A DNA stretch of 64,000 bases, from assembly GCA_965112155.1 (NCBI GenBank), contig OZ218100.1; one strand, 5' to 3'. The DNA is from Podarcis liolepis (lineage: Eukaryota). Below are positions 11,058 to 24,184 of the stretch, piece after piece (the stretch's first letter is position 1; every line of letters begins with the position of its first letter). A model generated the notes under the pieces. That model was not told where the DNA came from. It worked only from the letters and a program-made list of their open reading frames with translations, and made no database searches. Made by a program: the position numbers and the translations under genes.

Positions 11058-13676
11058 AACATCTACATTATAAAGTTGGACTAAATGGGAAGAATTCCAC
11101 TGCAGAGCTGAAATATCTGAAGGTGTTGGAAGCATCCTAACTGAGTGGACGGTCCCTGCCTCCAGCTTCTAGATCCTTTATTGTTTGTGATCTTTGGATG
11201 AAGGACAGTATAAAAATTCAATTAATGATAAAGCCAGCAAAAACTACTGAACCACCAAGACTAATAAGAGTGCATAATGGTTGTGCTAAACTTTTTAAAA
11301 GAGAGAGAAATGAAATAGATGAAATAGCATAAAAAAACCCAAATAGAATAATTAAATAAAAGCAATGATTTTTCGAGATCTGGGCAGAGGTATAAGGATA
11401 CTTAAATCTATTATACAATAGTAATTTTTCCTGAATAAGCTTCATGGCATTAGTAACTGTTAGAAAAGGGCTGCATTGCCTTGGGGTAATCTGTAAGGGC
11501 TACATACTGGTGGTTGGAGAAGCCAGAATCCATGGTGGGTGCAGCCTAAACCAAAGTGGGCGGGTCCAAAGCCGAAAGTCAGTGGATGCCCACTTTTATC
11601 TCTCTATGCCCCCCCCCCTTTATCTTCTATGAAATTTAAACCAAAGGCTGCAGGTTGCCCACCGCTGCCTTGCTTATTACTCACGAGTAGGGCGACTTGC
11701 ATGAGATTTCCGCCTTAGTACATTCCAGCCATTTCTTTCCTGCTAACTTTCCATCCCAGCGGGATTTATCTGACCAGTCACAAAGAAATCTGGCTTTATG
11801 GAAATTGAACGGATTTCATGCTATTCGGAACACTGCGTCCAAAGTAATTGTGCAAATAAGCTCTTTCTTAGACCCGGGGCAGAGTTTGCGACCCAACAGT
11901 ATTTTTTTGTACATTTTCCATTCAAGATGATCACAGGGCTTTTAGAAGTCTCCTGCTGCGTTGTGAAGCTGGAGCCGACTGTTGTCACTGGCTGACCTTT
12001 TCATATAAGTACATGGGAACTTCGCTGAAACACTTCACGTGCTCAGGAGAGGGGGCTCATTTCCTGCTTTTGCTAGCGAGTATCTGCACACTGGCAGTTT
12101 TGTTCACAGGGCCTAGGACTACACGTGTGTAAGAGAAGCCACAAGCCCTAGCATAAGCTTGTCACTTGAGAAAAGCAGCACTGGGGAGGGAGAGTTGTAG
12201 TAGAGAAGTAGCAAGTGTACCTAAGCCTTTCACCACCCACCACTCCTTCACTCCAGCACTGCGACAGATCTATATGCAGAATCCAATCTACTACTGATTA
12301 CCTATAAGGGGTGTTGAGTGTGTGTCTTTGGGCTAGTGGTGTGTTGGATCCTCTTCCATCTAGATGTTTCCCTCAGTTGTTTTTTTATCCATTTCTCTCT
12401 CTCTCTCTTGGTGGGTCTCCATGACCAGAAGTAATTCCCAGCTTTAAATAAGATCTCAATACAGCCAGACTAGAGCATTCAGTTCTCCTCCTCTTCCACC
12501 CATGTGGGAAAGTACAGCTGGAATAAAGGGTTCAGAGCTTTAAGCAACATCCCTTAAAACTGGTCACATGTAGCTGAATCCTTAGAAAAGCATAACAACA
12601 ACAACAACAACAACAACAGTAATATTTATACCCTACCCATCTGACAGGGTTCCCCAGCCATTCTGGGCAGCTTCTTGTCAACACAACTTAACTTGCATTC
12701 AGTTCTGCCTACCCTCATCTACCATGTGGGGATAATAGTGGTAAAATGTGAATTTTGAGTGATTACGTTATTTTCAGAGCATAGCTTACGGAAATACAGT
12801 AAGCGTTGTATATCACTTCAATGGAATGTCTGTGTATGTAAACCTGAATACCAATTTAATTTTTTTAATTTATTTTTTGCCATTTGTGCATCACCACGCA
12901 GTCTTCATTGATGGCCTTCTCCCAAGATGGAGACGAAGCAGTCTGGAACATTAGCGTTGTTGTTGTTCAGCTCTTTCTCTAGTTTGCATTTAATATTGTG
13001 TACTAAGTCTAGTGTGTCTGTGCAATTTCAGTCAGAAGCAGGAAGTGTTTATTCAAGCCCTAATGGGTGGGATAGTCGCTGCAGTTTTCAGTAATTTTAA
13101 ACAAACTCCTTGAGCATCCTGTTTAAATAGAGTTAAGTAATCACAGTTTTTTAATGCCGGCTGGGAAAGAATTTCATACCGCCCCCAACCCCATAATCTT
13201 GAATCAAATTGCTTCTTGCAAGACGTGCCAAGGGCACAATGTATTTGTTTGGCTATAGTAAATCTCCCTTTTGACGGTGGCATTCATTTAGCAAAATTCC
13301 GTGTTTTGGAAAGGTTGTAACGTAGAAGCATATTAGTCGAGCCTGACACCAACTTTTCCAACGGGGACTTTGGCCATCTGAGCTGGGTGCCTTATCCCCC
13401 TGTGATTGCTTGCCAAAGGAAGAAACAGCTGGATCGTTGTGCTTCAGCGCCACCGCTACACATGGCCAGATGGTGGAATTGCAGCAGGGGTCAGGTGTGC
13501 AGAGGAGCCAATAGGGTCCTGCCCACTTCTGACCAAGGCTTGGCTCCGCTGCCTGAGCAATTTGTTTCTAAGGTACAGGCTGGGGTGCCCTTGAGTGCTT
13601 GGCCACACTTACTTTCCTGGTGACCGACTGCATTGATTGTTTGATGGCTTGCCTGGTAGGTACATGCAAAGTATTG

Positions 13677-14095
13677 CCAGCACGGTGAGAGGTAGGGGTT
13701 GCCAGTGTGATGTTGCTAGACTACAGTCCTCCTTTTCCCGGAACATTGGCTATGCTGGTTCGGAGCTGTAGTCCAGTAACACCTGGAGGCTGCCATGTTG
13801 CCTATCCCTGGTGTAGTGGTTAGAACCCAAGGGCCATAGCTCAGTGGTAGATTGTCTGCCTTGCAAGCAGAAAGTCACAGGTTCAATCCCTGGAAACTCT
13901 GGTTAGGGTTGGGAGAGACTCCCTACCTGAATTCCTGGAGAGCTGCTGCCAGCCAGGGTAGGCAATGCAGAGGTGGACCAATGGTCTGACACATCATAAG
14001 GTCCCTTCCTATGTTAGGGTTGGACTATAGCTGGGAAGACGCTGCTTTGTATCCCCGCTCAGCTGTGAAACTCACTGGGTGACCTCGGGCCAGCT
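13677..14095 (+). mobile_element. Old Squam3/CORE-like SINE interrupted by a hAT MITE (~13694-13810) and a second tRNA SINE (~13830-14015)
   Basis: Head gccagcacg|gtgtagtggttag is split twice and continues to ctgggtgacctcgggccag. Inner SINE has ggccatagctcagtggtaga...ggttcaatccc...cttcctatgtt. Confidence 0.6.
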
Positions 14096-14126
14096 GCACA
14101 TGCAGAGCCAAAATTTCTTCTTCACA

Positions 14127-14690
14127 ATAATAATAATAATTATTTATACCCCGCCCTCCCCAGCCAAGACCGGGCTCAGGGCGGCTAACAGCAGGTATAA
14201 AAACAATTGATTAAAATACAACTTAAAAACAAGATTAAAGTACATTAAAATGCAGCCTCTTTTCAGTAGAAACTCAAATCAAAAACTTTTTTGGGGATGA
14301 AAACATCAAATCTTCACCAAGGCCAACTATCCAGGCTGGTCCTACGTGGGCCAGAAAAAAGGCAGGGAAGTCCCCAAATAGGAGTTCCATCACTGAAGGA
14401 AAAAGGAAAGAGGGGGAGGGGATCAAGTTGATTGCAAGCCGAAGGCCAGGCGGACCAACTGTGTCTTACAGGCCCTGCGGAAAGAAATCAGATCCTGCAG
14501 GGCCCTGGTCTCATGAGACAGAGCATTCCACCAGGCCGGAGCCAGTATTGAAAAGGCCCTGGCTCTGGTTGAGGCTAATCTGACTTGCTTAGGGCCTGGG
14601 ACCTCTAGGGTGTTGCTATTTATGGACATTAAGATCCTCCGTGGGGCATACCGGAAGAGGTGGTCCCATAGGTATGAGGGTCCTAGGCTT
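14127..14690 (-). mobile_element. L2-clade LINE 3' fragment
   Basis: ORF 14423-14824 part LGPSYLWDHL...RAFSILAPAWWNALSHETRALQDLISFRRACKT. (AAT)n/tttataccccgccc tail. Confidence 0.8.
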
Positions 14691-16352
14691 GTTGCAAGGA
14701 TAGAAAGAGAGGGAGAACCATGGCAGTTATCTTTAGTCCCTGTGAACGTCCCTTTGAAATGCTCTGCATCGTGACGTAGGATCAGTCCCATAGGGGCATT
14801 CTCTCCCAGGAATGCCACCAGCAACTAGCAGCAGCCAAGGTGCTGCACAAGGAAGTTGCAGTGCGATTTTTTCTGTAAGAAAAGAAAGTAAAGAAAACCC
14901 TCGGCCACCTCACCTTTAAAGATAAGGCTATGCTCTCTGAAGTTCTTAAGAGTACACTCTCCAGAGGTCCATCCCACTTGAAGTTAAGTCCCACTTTGAA
15001 GAAAGGCTTTACAAAGAAATTGAAAGAGAAATATCCAGCCGCCACAACTTTAGATGCTGATGATGCCCCCCCCTTTTTCTCAAGGGATGAATGGTCCCAG
15101 AAAAGTGGGGCAGTATATTCAGCCCAGCCTTCACCTGGGGTGGTTTCAGTAGGCAGTGTAAAGGCTTCAGCTGCCCGGGTCTTTCATTCTCCAGAGTTCA
15201 GAAATGCTTCTATTTTCCTAAACAATTGTGCTATGTTTTAGCCTTTGAAGAAATACCGCAACTTACCGGAATGGTTTCCAGGAGGGAGGAGGGTTGGAGA
15301 TCTATTGACACAGTGAACTCAAGTTTTAAGGACTTGTTGGCATCGGGAAAGATTTCTTCACACCCATTTATATGAGAAACATTAAACAAGGGAAAAATGC
15401 CACTTGGGGAATGCTGATAAGTCTTATCTGCTTGTGAATTCTAGTTATAGAGGGGTGTGTGTATGATGCCTTTCCTGGTTTGGGGGTTTTGAACTGTGGG
15501 CCAGGGTAGTTCTTCGCGTCGGGGGCGGGCGGTGACAATGTTGCTTGCCTGACGCACAGCACGGACACACGTCTCAGATTTGAAAGTGGGAAACACATTG
15601 CGTGATTTATTCCTGCTCCGTGGTGTTTCAGCTAATCAAGCTGTCTTCACATGGCTGACAGGCCGCCCAGCTCTCAGAAACGTACTTGAGAGTCTCGCTT
15701 GGGTTTCTAGCTATCCCTGCACATGCCCTCTTCCTCGCTACTAAGTGTGCTTTTCGTCACAACCGTAATCTAATACAGCGTTATTAAATTTAAAAAGTGG
15801 AAAAACAAATAAAGAAAAGGAAGGGCAGCTTAGGTTCTGTTAGAATTCAGGGGGAGGTGGGAAGGGAAGGATATTCTTTATGCAGACGGACAGTGAACGT
15901 TTCTCAGGCTGAAAACAATGCATGAAAGACATTACCTTTTTGTCTGGTATTTATGTGAAGTTTCATTAGCCTGTTGATGGTATCTCTGCGTGTGTAAACA
16001 GAGAAGGGTTAGTGGACAGTCTTGGGGGAAAGCAAAACCAATTGGCACGGATATTTATTCCTCCTTGCAGGAAGCGGTTGGTCATCACTCATAAATTCTC
16101 CTTAGGAGTGCCCATCTCCATTCTTGGTGGTTTACATTTAGGGAGTCCTGGAAGCAATGATAATGTGCTCCACGCTTTTCTCATGGGTGGGGAGGTGGTC
16201 ATGCTAGGGGCAATCAGCCCATTTCCATTCCTTGTCAGTTTTGCAATCCCATTTCTTGTGGGTTAAAAAAATAAATAAGGAGGGAATCACTTTTAAATGA
16301 CACACACTTTCTCCTAAAGTATGCATTTTGTATGCATTCTCCCCTTAAAGTA

Positions 16353-16583
16353 CAGTGGTACCTCAGGTTAAGAACTTAATTCGTTCTGGAGGTCCGTTCT
16401 TAACCTGAAACTGTTCTTAACCTGAGGCACCACTTCAGCTAATGGGGCCTCCCACTGCCGCCGCACAATTTCTGTTCTCATCCTGAAGCAAAGTTTTTAA
16501 CCCGAGGTACTATTTCTGGGTTAGCGGAGTCTGTAACCTGAGGCGTCTGTAACCTGAAGCGTCTGTAACCAGAGGTACCACTG
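16353..16583. mobile_element. Tc1/mariner (Tigger-like) MITE, full length
   Basis: TA|CAGTGGTACCTC ... GAGGTACCACTG|TA, inserted in an older AT-rich repeat (~16270-16865). Confidence 0.9.
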
Positions 16584-16674
16584 TACAGTTTTCAGTGCAT
16601 TGTATGTTTTTAATACTTTTTCCTTAATATGCATTTTTAACGTAACTTCCCATAAAATGTGCATTTTGTGTACT

Positions 16675-16675
<1 letters not shown>

Positions 16676-16718
<43 letters not shown>
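16676..16718. repeat. (CA)n microsatellite
   Basis: Direct observation. Confidence 0.95.
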
Positions 16719-16721
<3 letters not shown>

Positions 16722-16974
16722 CCCAGATGAAACTGTCCGGTGAATTCAGAGAAGTGTGTAATTCAATTGACAGCTTCATTCTAATTCACGTATCATTGCA
16801 AGACTAGAGAATTCGGCCAGTTCACTTTAAGATGCAGACTGAGTGAATTTCTCCTCAATGCCTAGCAGATCTATAAGGAGGCCACAACCACTGATGGTTT
16901 CAAGAAAGGGCAATGCATCCACAAAGGAGATTCTCCATAGAGCCTGATAGAGACCTTTTAACTCCCCATCTGCA

Positions 16975-17120
16975 ATAGCTCATTCGGAGGATAGCAGGAG
17001 ACTCTTAATCTCAGGGTCGTGGGTTTGAGCCCCAAGTTGGGTAAAAGGTTCCTGCATTTCAGGGCTGTTGGACTAGATGACCCTTATGGTCCCTTCCAAC
17101 TCTGCAATGTTATGATTTTA
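16975..17120 (+). mobile_element. tRNA-Lys-head / CR1-tail SINE
   Basis: gagactcttaatctcagggtcgtgggtttgagcccc followed by the CR1-like tail ggactagatgacc...ggtcccttccaactct. Confidence 0.75.
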
Positions 17121-17123
17121 AAA

Positions 17124-17268
17124 NNNNNNNNNNNNNNNNNNNNNNNNNNNNNNNNNNNNNNNNNNNNNNNNNNNNNNNNNNNNNNNNNNNNNNNNNNNNN
17201 NNNNNNNNNNNNNNNNNNNNNNNNNNNNNNNNNNNNNNNNNNNNNNNNNNNNNNNNNNNNNNNNNNNN
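17124..17268. other. Assembly gap (N run)
   Basis: 145 consecutive N. Confidence 1.
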
Positions 17269-18507
17269 GAGGCCCGTTACCTCTTTTTCCCCTCTATCTC
17301 AAACAGTTTTAATTTTATAGTACTTCAAAATTTCATGAAATCTGCGTCGCCTGTCCGTCTTGAGACCCTCGGCACATGTACATTTTATTCTTTTTCTCCA
17401 TAACCAATGATCAGATCTCTTTGAAATTTTACACAGAGCTCGATAAGAGGATGAGGATTTCAGGAAAGATTACATCAGCTCTCAAAATATTTTATAAATG
17501 CCTGAAAAAAATATAAATGTACTTTTTTGTGGAAAATGATGTGACATATTTCATTTGTGTACTGCATTGATGAAGACCTCCCCATAACATACGTCCAAGT
17601 ATCATTTAAGTTCAAAATTGTGGTCATTTTTTAACACCGTACCGTAAAGCAGCCCTGGGAACTCCTGAATTGCATAACCCACAATAAGAGGAAAGTTCAC
17701 AAACAAAATAATTGCAGATTAATCCCCCTTTTGGCAAGTCTGAAATGAGAACAAGAAAATGTTCTCTGTAAAGCCAATGCACCCTGATAAGTAATTAATT
17801 TTATTTAAAACTGTTTTCCTTCTGTTTTTGGTTTTTGGTTGTGTGTTTTTTACTGTCACATTACAACCGGCTATTTTAAAGTCAAGGAGACAAAAAAGTG
17901 GGGGCTGGAAATGGCCTGGAAAACTTGTCTGTTGTTGTTGCTACCAAGCCAAATCAGGCCTTTACTGTGAGCCTCTCAGCCTTGTTTTCTGGCCCAGAGG
18001 CACAACCATCCTGAGTTTTTTGGCAGTGCCAGGCAGACAGTAGAAGCTGGAGGGTTAATATTGAGCCTCTGAGGAGTTGCATTCAGCTTGCTGGATCACA
18101 AGTGGTACAGGCGTGGTCTGTAGTGATAGTGATTGGCTGAACTGCCCTGACATCAAAGAGGTGTAGATTCTAGGGCTGCCTTTGGCTGAGCTGCTGGTAT
18201 CCTACTGATGGGCAAGGCTGGCCTGTAGGGACTAGGGAAGGAGGAGTCAAGAGGACTAGGAAAAGAGCAGCCATAGGTATAAGAAGACAGCCAACTCATG
18301 GACGCAAGGAGAAGATGAAGGCTGGGATGCTGAGAGGGGCAGAGGCAAGAGCAAACGTGTAGAAAATGGGCAGAAGAGGAAAAGTGTGTCTGCTGCCCAG
18401 AAAGCCTGGTTTTTTTTCATGCTGGTTTTAAATAGTTATCCAAATCTCTGGCAGTAAGCCTTGCTAGTCCATTATAAAATTGTCTCATTATCAACCATGG
18501 CCTATAT

Positions 18508-18826
18508 CATGGGTAGGCAAACTAAGGCCCAGGGGCCGGATCCGGCCCAACCACCTTCTAAATCTGGCTTGCGGACGGTCCAGGAATCAGTGTGTTTTTA
18601 CATGAGTAGAATGTGTCCTTTTGTTTAAAATGCATCTCTGGGTGATTTGTGGGGCCTGCCTGGTGTTTTTGCATGAGAATAATGTGTGCTTTTATTTAAA
18701 ACGCATCTCTGGGTTATTTGTGGGTCATAGGAATTTGTTCATTTTTATTTTTTTTCCAAAATATAATCCGGCCCCCATAAGGTCTGAGGGACAGTGGACC
18801 CTGCTGGAAAAGTTTGCTGACCCCTG
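18508..18826. mobile_element. hAT MITE with an internal tandem duplication
   Basis: TIRs CATGGGTAGGCAAAC / GTTTGCTGACCCCTG. Perfect 8-bp TSD GCCTATAT at 18500 and 18827. Confidence 0.9.
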
Positions 18827-19228
18827 GCCTATATGCTTCCATGACTTAGGCTCCACTTATCTGCTGGCTGGCTATATTCATCCCAACCTCCTCCTCACCA
18901 TTCTTCCCAGATATCTTGACACTGGCCCTGATCCAGTTGGTGGGGGGGCTCTGATGTGCTCGCTGTCCGGAACTCTCCCGCCCACAAGGGAAGTCCTGTT
19001 TACTTCCGCTGAGCACTCTTAGGCCATAACCTTGTGGCTCTAATTCTGTAGTCCAAGGAAAATGCCCATGAATTCACAGAGCAATTCCCTCCTCCCCTGA
19101 GCAAGGGTGGGAAGCCCCTGAATGCTCAGGGCTCTGGGCTGCACCCCTGGACTTCAGCCCTGCAACTAGCGATCATTCGTGCTTTTAATCCTTGGACTTT
19201 AAGGGTTCTTTCACAACTACCTCTGAGA

Positions 19229-19480
19229 CATGGGTAGGCAAACGAAGGCCTGGGGCCCAGATCCGGCCCAATCGTCTTCTAAATCCAGCCCACTGACAGT
19301 CCAGGAATCAGCGTGTTTTTACATGAGTAGAATGTGTCCTTTTATTTAAAATGCACCTCTGGGTTATCTGTGGGGCATAGGAATTTGTTCATATATTTTT
19401 TTTCAAAATATAGTCCGGCCCCCCACAAGGTCTGAGGGACGGTGGACCGGCCCCCTGCTGAAAAAGTTCGCTGACCCCTG
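19229..19480. mobile_element. hAT MITE, same family and orientation as 18508-18826
   Basis: Same TIRs and interior. TSD is degenerate. Confidence 0.85.
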
Positions 19481-20348
19481 AGTCTAAGAGTTCCCTTTTT
19501 AGACTCCAAATGCATAGAAAACAGAGTCGTTTTAAAAATGAGTATATTCTTTGGTCAGTGCTTTTTCATGTCCAAGGTCACCCAATGAGCTTCATGGTTG
19601 AGTAAGGAACCAGGCAAATGTCTGAGGCTTTAAAGGACCAGTTGGAATCCTATTGGTTTGCCCCTTTTGTCACCTGATTGTTGCTTATTTATAATATGCA
19701 GTACCACTTCTCTGGTGGTGCTTGAGAGCAGCACAGACTAGCATGTGCCTCTTCTGGTGGGCTGCCATAGTGGTGCAGAGAGGAAAGAACCTGCCTTTGA
19801 CTTTCAGACTCCCTGGTTCCAGACTCCTCCCTCCATCCCACAGAACCTTGCTGTGTCTGCTTAAAAGGCTCTCCGTAAATGAGAATTTAAAGTGGCTTTT
19901 CTATCTGTTCTTGGGTTTTATGGGTGTGAAACCCTGACCCATTCCACCATTGTGGGAGGGTGGGGAATCTGCTTGTTTTGGCTTGTGAACACTCCCCTAT
20001 GGCTCATGGCAACCGTCTTCACATGAATTACTTTTCGTGGTGGAAGGAAACACCACGTGATTACGGGAGGCTTCAGCAAAAGTTCTTGGTAAATTGTACA
20101 GCTGGTAAATTGGATCTTTCAAAAATGAACAATAAGTGCAGCAATTCTAAAGTAATACCCATCGTTTTTCCAAGTACTTTTTTGGGTCCTGTGATTTGCT
20201 GTTGCTCGTTAGCTAAACCCATACATTCAACTTGCTTAAAACGTGCAGGTTTTCCTTTCTTTCGTTTCTGGATGCAGATCCTAATTTCCTAATGTGCCAC
20301 GTACGTACAGCTGCGTCTTTGTGCGGCTGGAAGCAATCAGCTAAATAG

Positions 20349-20558
<210 letters not shown>

Positions 20559-21788
20559 TAAGGCTCTTGGTTTGATTTTGGCTGAGGGCCAATGTCTCTT
20601 AGCAACCGGATTGGCTGTTTTGTTTCTGCTTGCTTACACAGAACTTTTTTTCTTTCTCTTTTTGGGGGGGTGCAGGGGGCGGGGGAGGGGAGGCTGTTTA
20701 TCATTCCGAATGTTAACATCTGAATCGTCCCTGCAGCCATCGCCAGCTGTGGGTGCCAGTTTTGTATTATAAGACAAGCAGTGCTTCTTCTAAAAGCTTG
20801 GCACGCTGTGGCTCAGAGTTGACTTTGGTTCTCGGATCAGCGCAATCTCTTCAGTTTCCCCCCTTCTGCCATGGATTTCCTCTCGTTTCTGAACTCCCTG
20901 CCACTTCCTGAGTTTGTTTGTCCTAGTTGTCTCCAGCCTGACAGATATGGGATAATCGTTTTTGCGAGGCTTTGTACATGATGCCCTTTCCTCTTCACTA
21001 GGAGGGCGAGGGCTTGGCCACTAACGGGAAGCACCTCTTTTTGCAGGCAACTTGAATTTCACATCTTACCGCCTCGGATCACCACCCGAACAATAGCAAA
21101 GGCCGAGTTGCTAATCTTTCGCTATGCCACAAAGAATGCTTTCCGGGGATAAATATTTATTATTAGAAACAGGGAGCCACTTGAGAAAGTTTTACCTACT
21201 ATCTCTGTGTTTATTAAGGACTTTATCTTGTCGTTTCACCCTTCCTCTCCTTCTTTTCCCTTAAAAAAAAGAAAAGCAACATACAAAAATTGGCAGCTTT
21301 TAACAACTTCAGATAAATCTTGGCAGGCGTATATGGAATGGGCTGCAGTGAGGGAAGTTGGCCGCAGGTTCATGTTTCTTCCATGAAGTACTCGAAGGGT
21401 TCAGTCCACAAAGCACTATTCACACTTTACATAACAAAGGGGTTTGCTGCAGATACACCCGTGAGCAGAGTGGCGAGTGCCGGAATGCATGAAACAGAAA
21501 CAGTAGTGCGGGGTGCGTGTTCATAAGCACGCAATAATCTGCACTGCTCATGGCTAAGAGAGAGGGTTTTCAAACCCAAATGACATGCTCCTTGCAGTCA
21601 TCTGTAACATTCCACCAACTTACTCTTTTCTAATGAAAAGCACCTATTAGATAGAGTGCCTATAGCTTTTCTCCTGAATGGAGAAAATCTGTTGGGGAGG
21701 GGGAATTTTGAGCGGGAAAATAAGGGGTTAAGCACACATCCCTATCCCAAATCGGTCCTCCATTTAGGATTCCAGCCTCCTCCTGGCC

Positions 21789-21828
<40 letters not shown>

Positions 21829-22612
21829 GTGTTCTCCAGCTAAAGTAATGCATATGCTGGAGGAAAGTTTCCATGAAAATGCATGCATTTGTGAAAATTG
21901 CATACAGAAATACATTCCTGCAGAGGGAATTGCATATATATTAAGAGAAAATGCATACAAATGTATACAAGAAATTCACACTAAAATGCTGGCGAATTTT
22001 CGTGCGTATCCAAATGTGAAGAACTGGACATAAGATGAAGTAACGAAGGAACTGACAGATCTGCCCATCCCTAGCCACAAGCCACACCGGTCTTTTCTGT
22101 GCGACTGTGGTGCTGTTGACCTTGGGTGTCCAGTTTTATCCTCATTTTACCCACAGTTCAAAGGGTCGGTTCATTTGTGGCCCTGACAAAAGGGCTCCAC
22201 CCCTGAGTTCAAGTCACCTTTTGGCTGGCACCGTCTCAGGTCTTGCATTCTTCTTAGTTAAAACACAAAATCAAATGCGAGAGTGGCCTTATCTGATCAC
22301 GATGAAAACAAAAGTCACATTCTCAGTTCACATAAATATTTTCATAAAAAGATACATTGTTATATCAAAGCCCATCCTGTCGCAGTGTACCACCCATTGC
22401 TTTCTCGCGCTGCCTGTGGAGCTCTCCTTTTGTTTTGTTTTTTTGTTAGCTCCCTAAGTCTCTGCCCGGCTGCAGAAGGCATGAGCTGAAGGCTCTATAT
22501 TGGTATCTGCCATAGCATGATCGAGGTCTAAGGCAGGCAGAACATTTCCCAGTTTCTAAACCACGTTAGAAAAATTGGGAGTGCCTTGCAGGCTCTCACG
22601 CTCTATTCTCTC

Positions 22613-22651
22613 CCTCCTCCTCCTCCTCCTCCTCCTCCTCCTCCTCCTCCT
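22613..22651. repeat. (CCT)n microsatellite
   Basis: Direct observation. Confidence 0.95.
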
Positions 22652-22763
22652 CTCTTTGCAAATTCCTTTCCAACGTTAATCACCGTGCAGCATTACACTT
22701 GCACCAGTGCTAACACTAATCATCATTTGCTTCATCATTTAGGAATCTCCTTTTACATATGCG

Positions 22764-22910
22764 TCTCAGGATGAGAACAGAAATCGTGCTCCGGCGGCGC
22801 GGCGCCAGCAGGAGGCCCCATTAGCTAAAGTGGTACCTCAGGTTAAGTACAGTTTCAGGTTAAGAACGGACCTCCGGAACGAATTAAGTACTTAACCTGA
22901 GGTACCACTG
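22764..22910. mobile_element. Truncated Tc1/mariner MITE, inverted relative to 16353
   Basis: Ends ...AACCTGAGGTACCACTG|TA. Reverse complement matches 16353-16452. Confidence 0.85.
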
Positions 22911-24184
22911 TACTGTTTAGATGTACAGCTTCTACAACTGAAGATTTGCATACATATCACAAAACAACTAAAATGGCTTTTAAAACTGAACAGAAGAGAT
23001 TACTAAATATAGTTTTAAAAATCAACATCTTTAAGGCAAATACCTTTTCTTTCAGCTGGAAAATGCATGTTGGAACAAAAGTGTCTTCAATTGTTTTCTG
23101 GAAAATACAGATAATGGGCACCTGTCGTATTTTGACAGCAACGCTGTTCCACAGAAGAGGGGCAGCCACAGTGGAAGCCCTGCTCCTACGAACTCCAGAG
23201 CACCAAATCATTTGGCATCATTTGTGATGTCTGGCGATTGACAGGTGGGTGGAAACCGCACCCCCGTCTGTGAAATTTGGCCTGTGAGGCAGATCATGAT
23301 AAAAGGCTCCGCACCCCTGCACTGTAACCACGATCAATGCTGAAAACATGAAGGATGGGGAATTCAGACATGTTGACTAAACCGTGGTTTGGGCACTACA
23401 TCTGAACTAGCCTAGATGGCATTTGAACTAGAGTTTTCCCAGCTCACAGAACCTAACTCCTACTGAGCTAAAGGCTTATTGGAAAGGTGAAAATAATTTC
23501 ACTGGAAGAACGTGAAGCATTTCTAATCATGAATGGTCACCTATACAACGTAAGCAGAGCCTTGACCTTAGCAGTGGGATAGTGGGGTAGGCCTTTTGTT
23601 ATCATGAGAAAGAGAGAGACAGTCAGAAACCGGCCGAAAAGCATGCCAAGTTTACATTCCTGAGGGGGCAGCCGTTTTCCTGCAGAGTTTTTAGGAAGGG
23701 GACCAAGGCTTTCTGTCAGATAACAACAGCAAACTAAAGCCGCAGAGAGGAAGTATGGAAACAGCATTTATCTTCTGTTTAAATTGTCCATTATTTTAGA
23801 TTCTTTAGTTCTACTTTACTAAAAAGGGCAAGGTGGGGGGGACCACACAAGCTTGTACTATCTTGCTGGGTTGAAACATATAGAGTTACGGAAATTATAT
23901 CCTGCTCTTGAGCCAAAAAAAGGAGAAGCTCCCAGAGTAGTTTGCAGATCTGTGCAAACTAGGGGCAGAGCCTGCCCTGAGGCTTGCCATCTAAAAGACA
24001 CAGCACAAAAGGAGAGTAGATTGGGAGGGAAGAGGAAATAAGGAAACACAGAAATAAGTTCTTAGGTATGAGTTTGACTACTGACCAGCGGGGTTAGAAA
24101 TGTTTAAGGAGAGGGGGAGACAAAAGTAGCTAATTTCTCAGCTGTTGACAAAGTGTCCCTCTTTAAAAAATACATATATTAGGG

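Noticed and set aside
14930-15241. Lysine-rich 103-aa ORF as a possible alternative exon
   Set aside because: No recognisable homology or convincing splice sites; consistent with a chance ORF in A-rich sequence.
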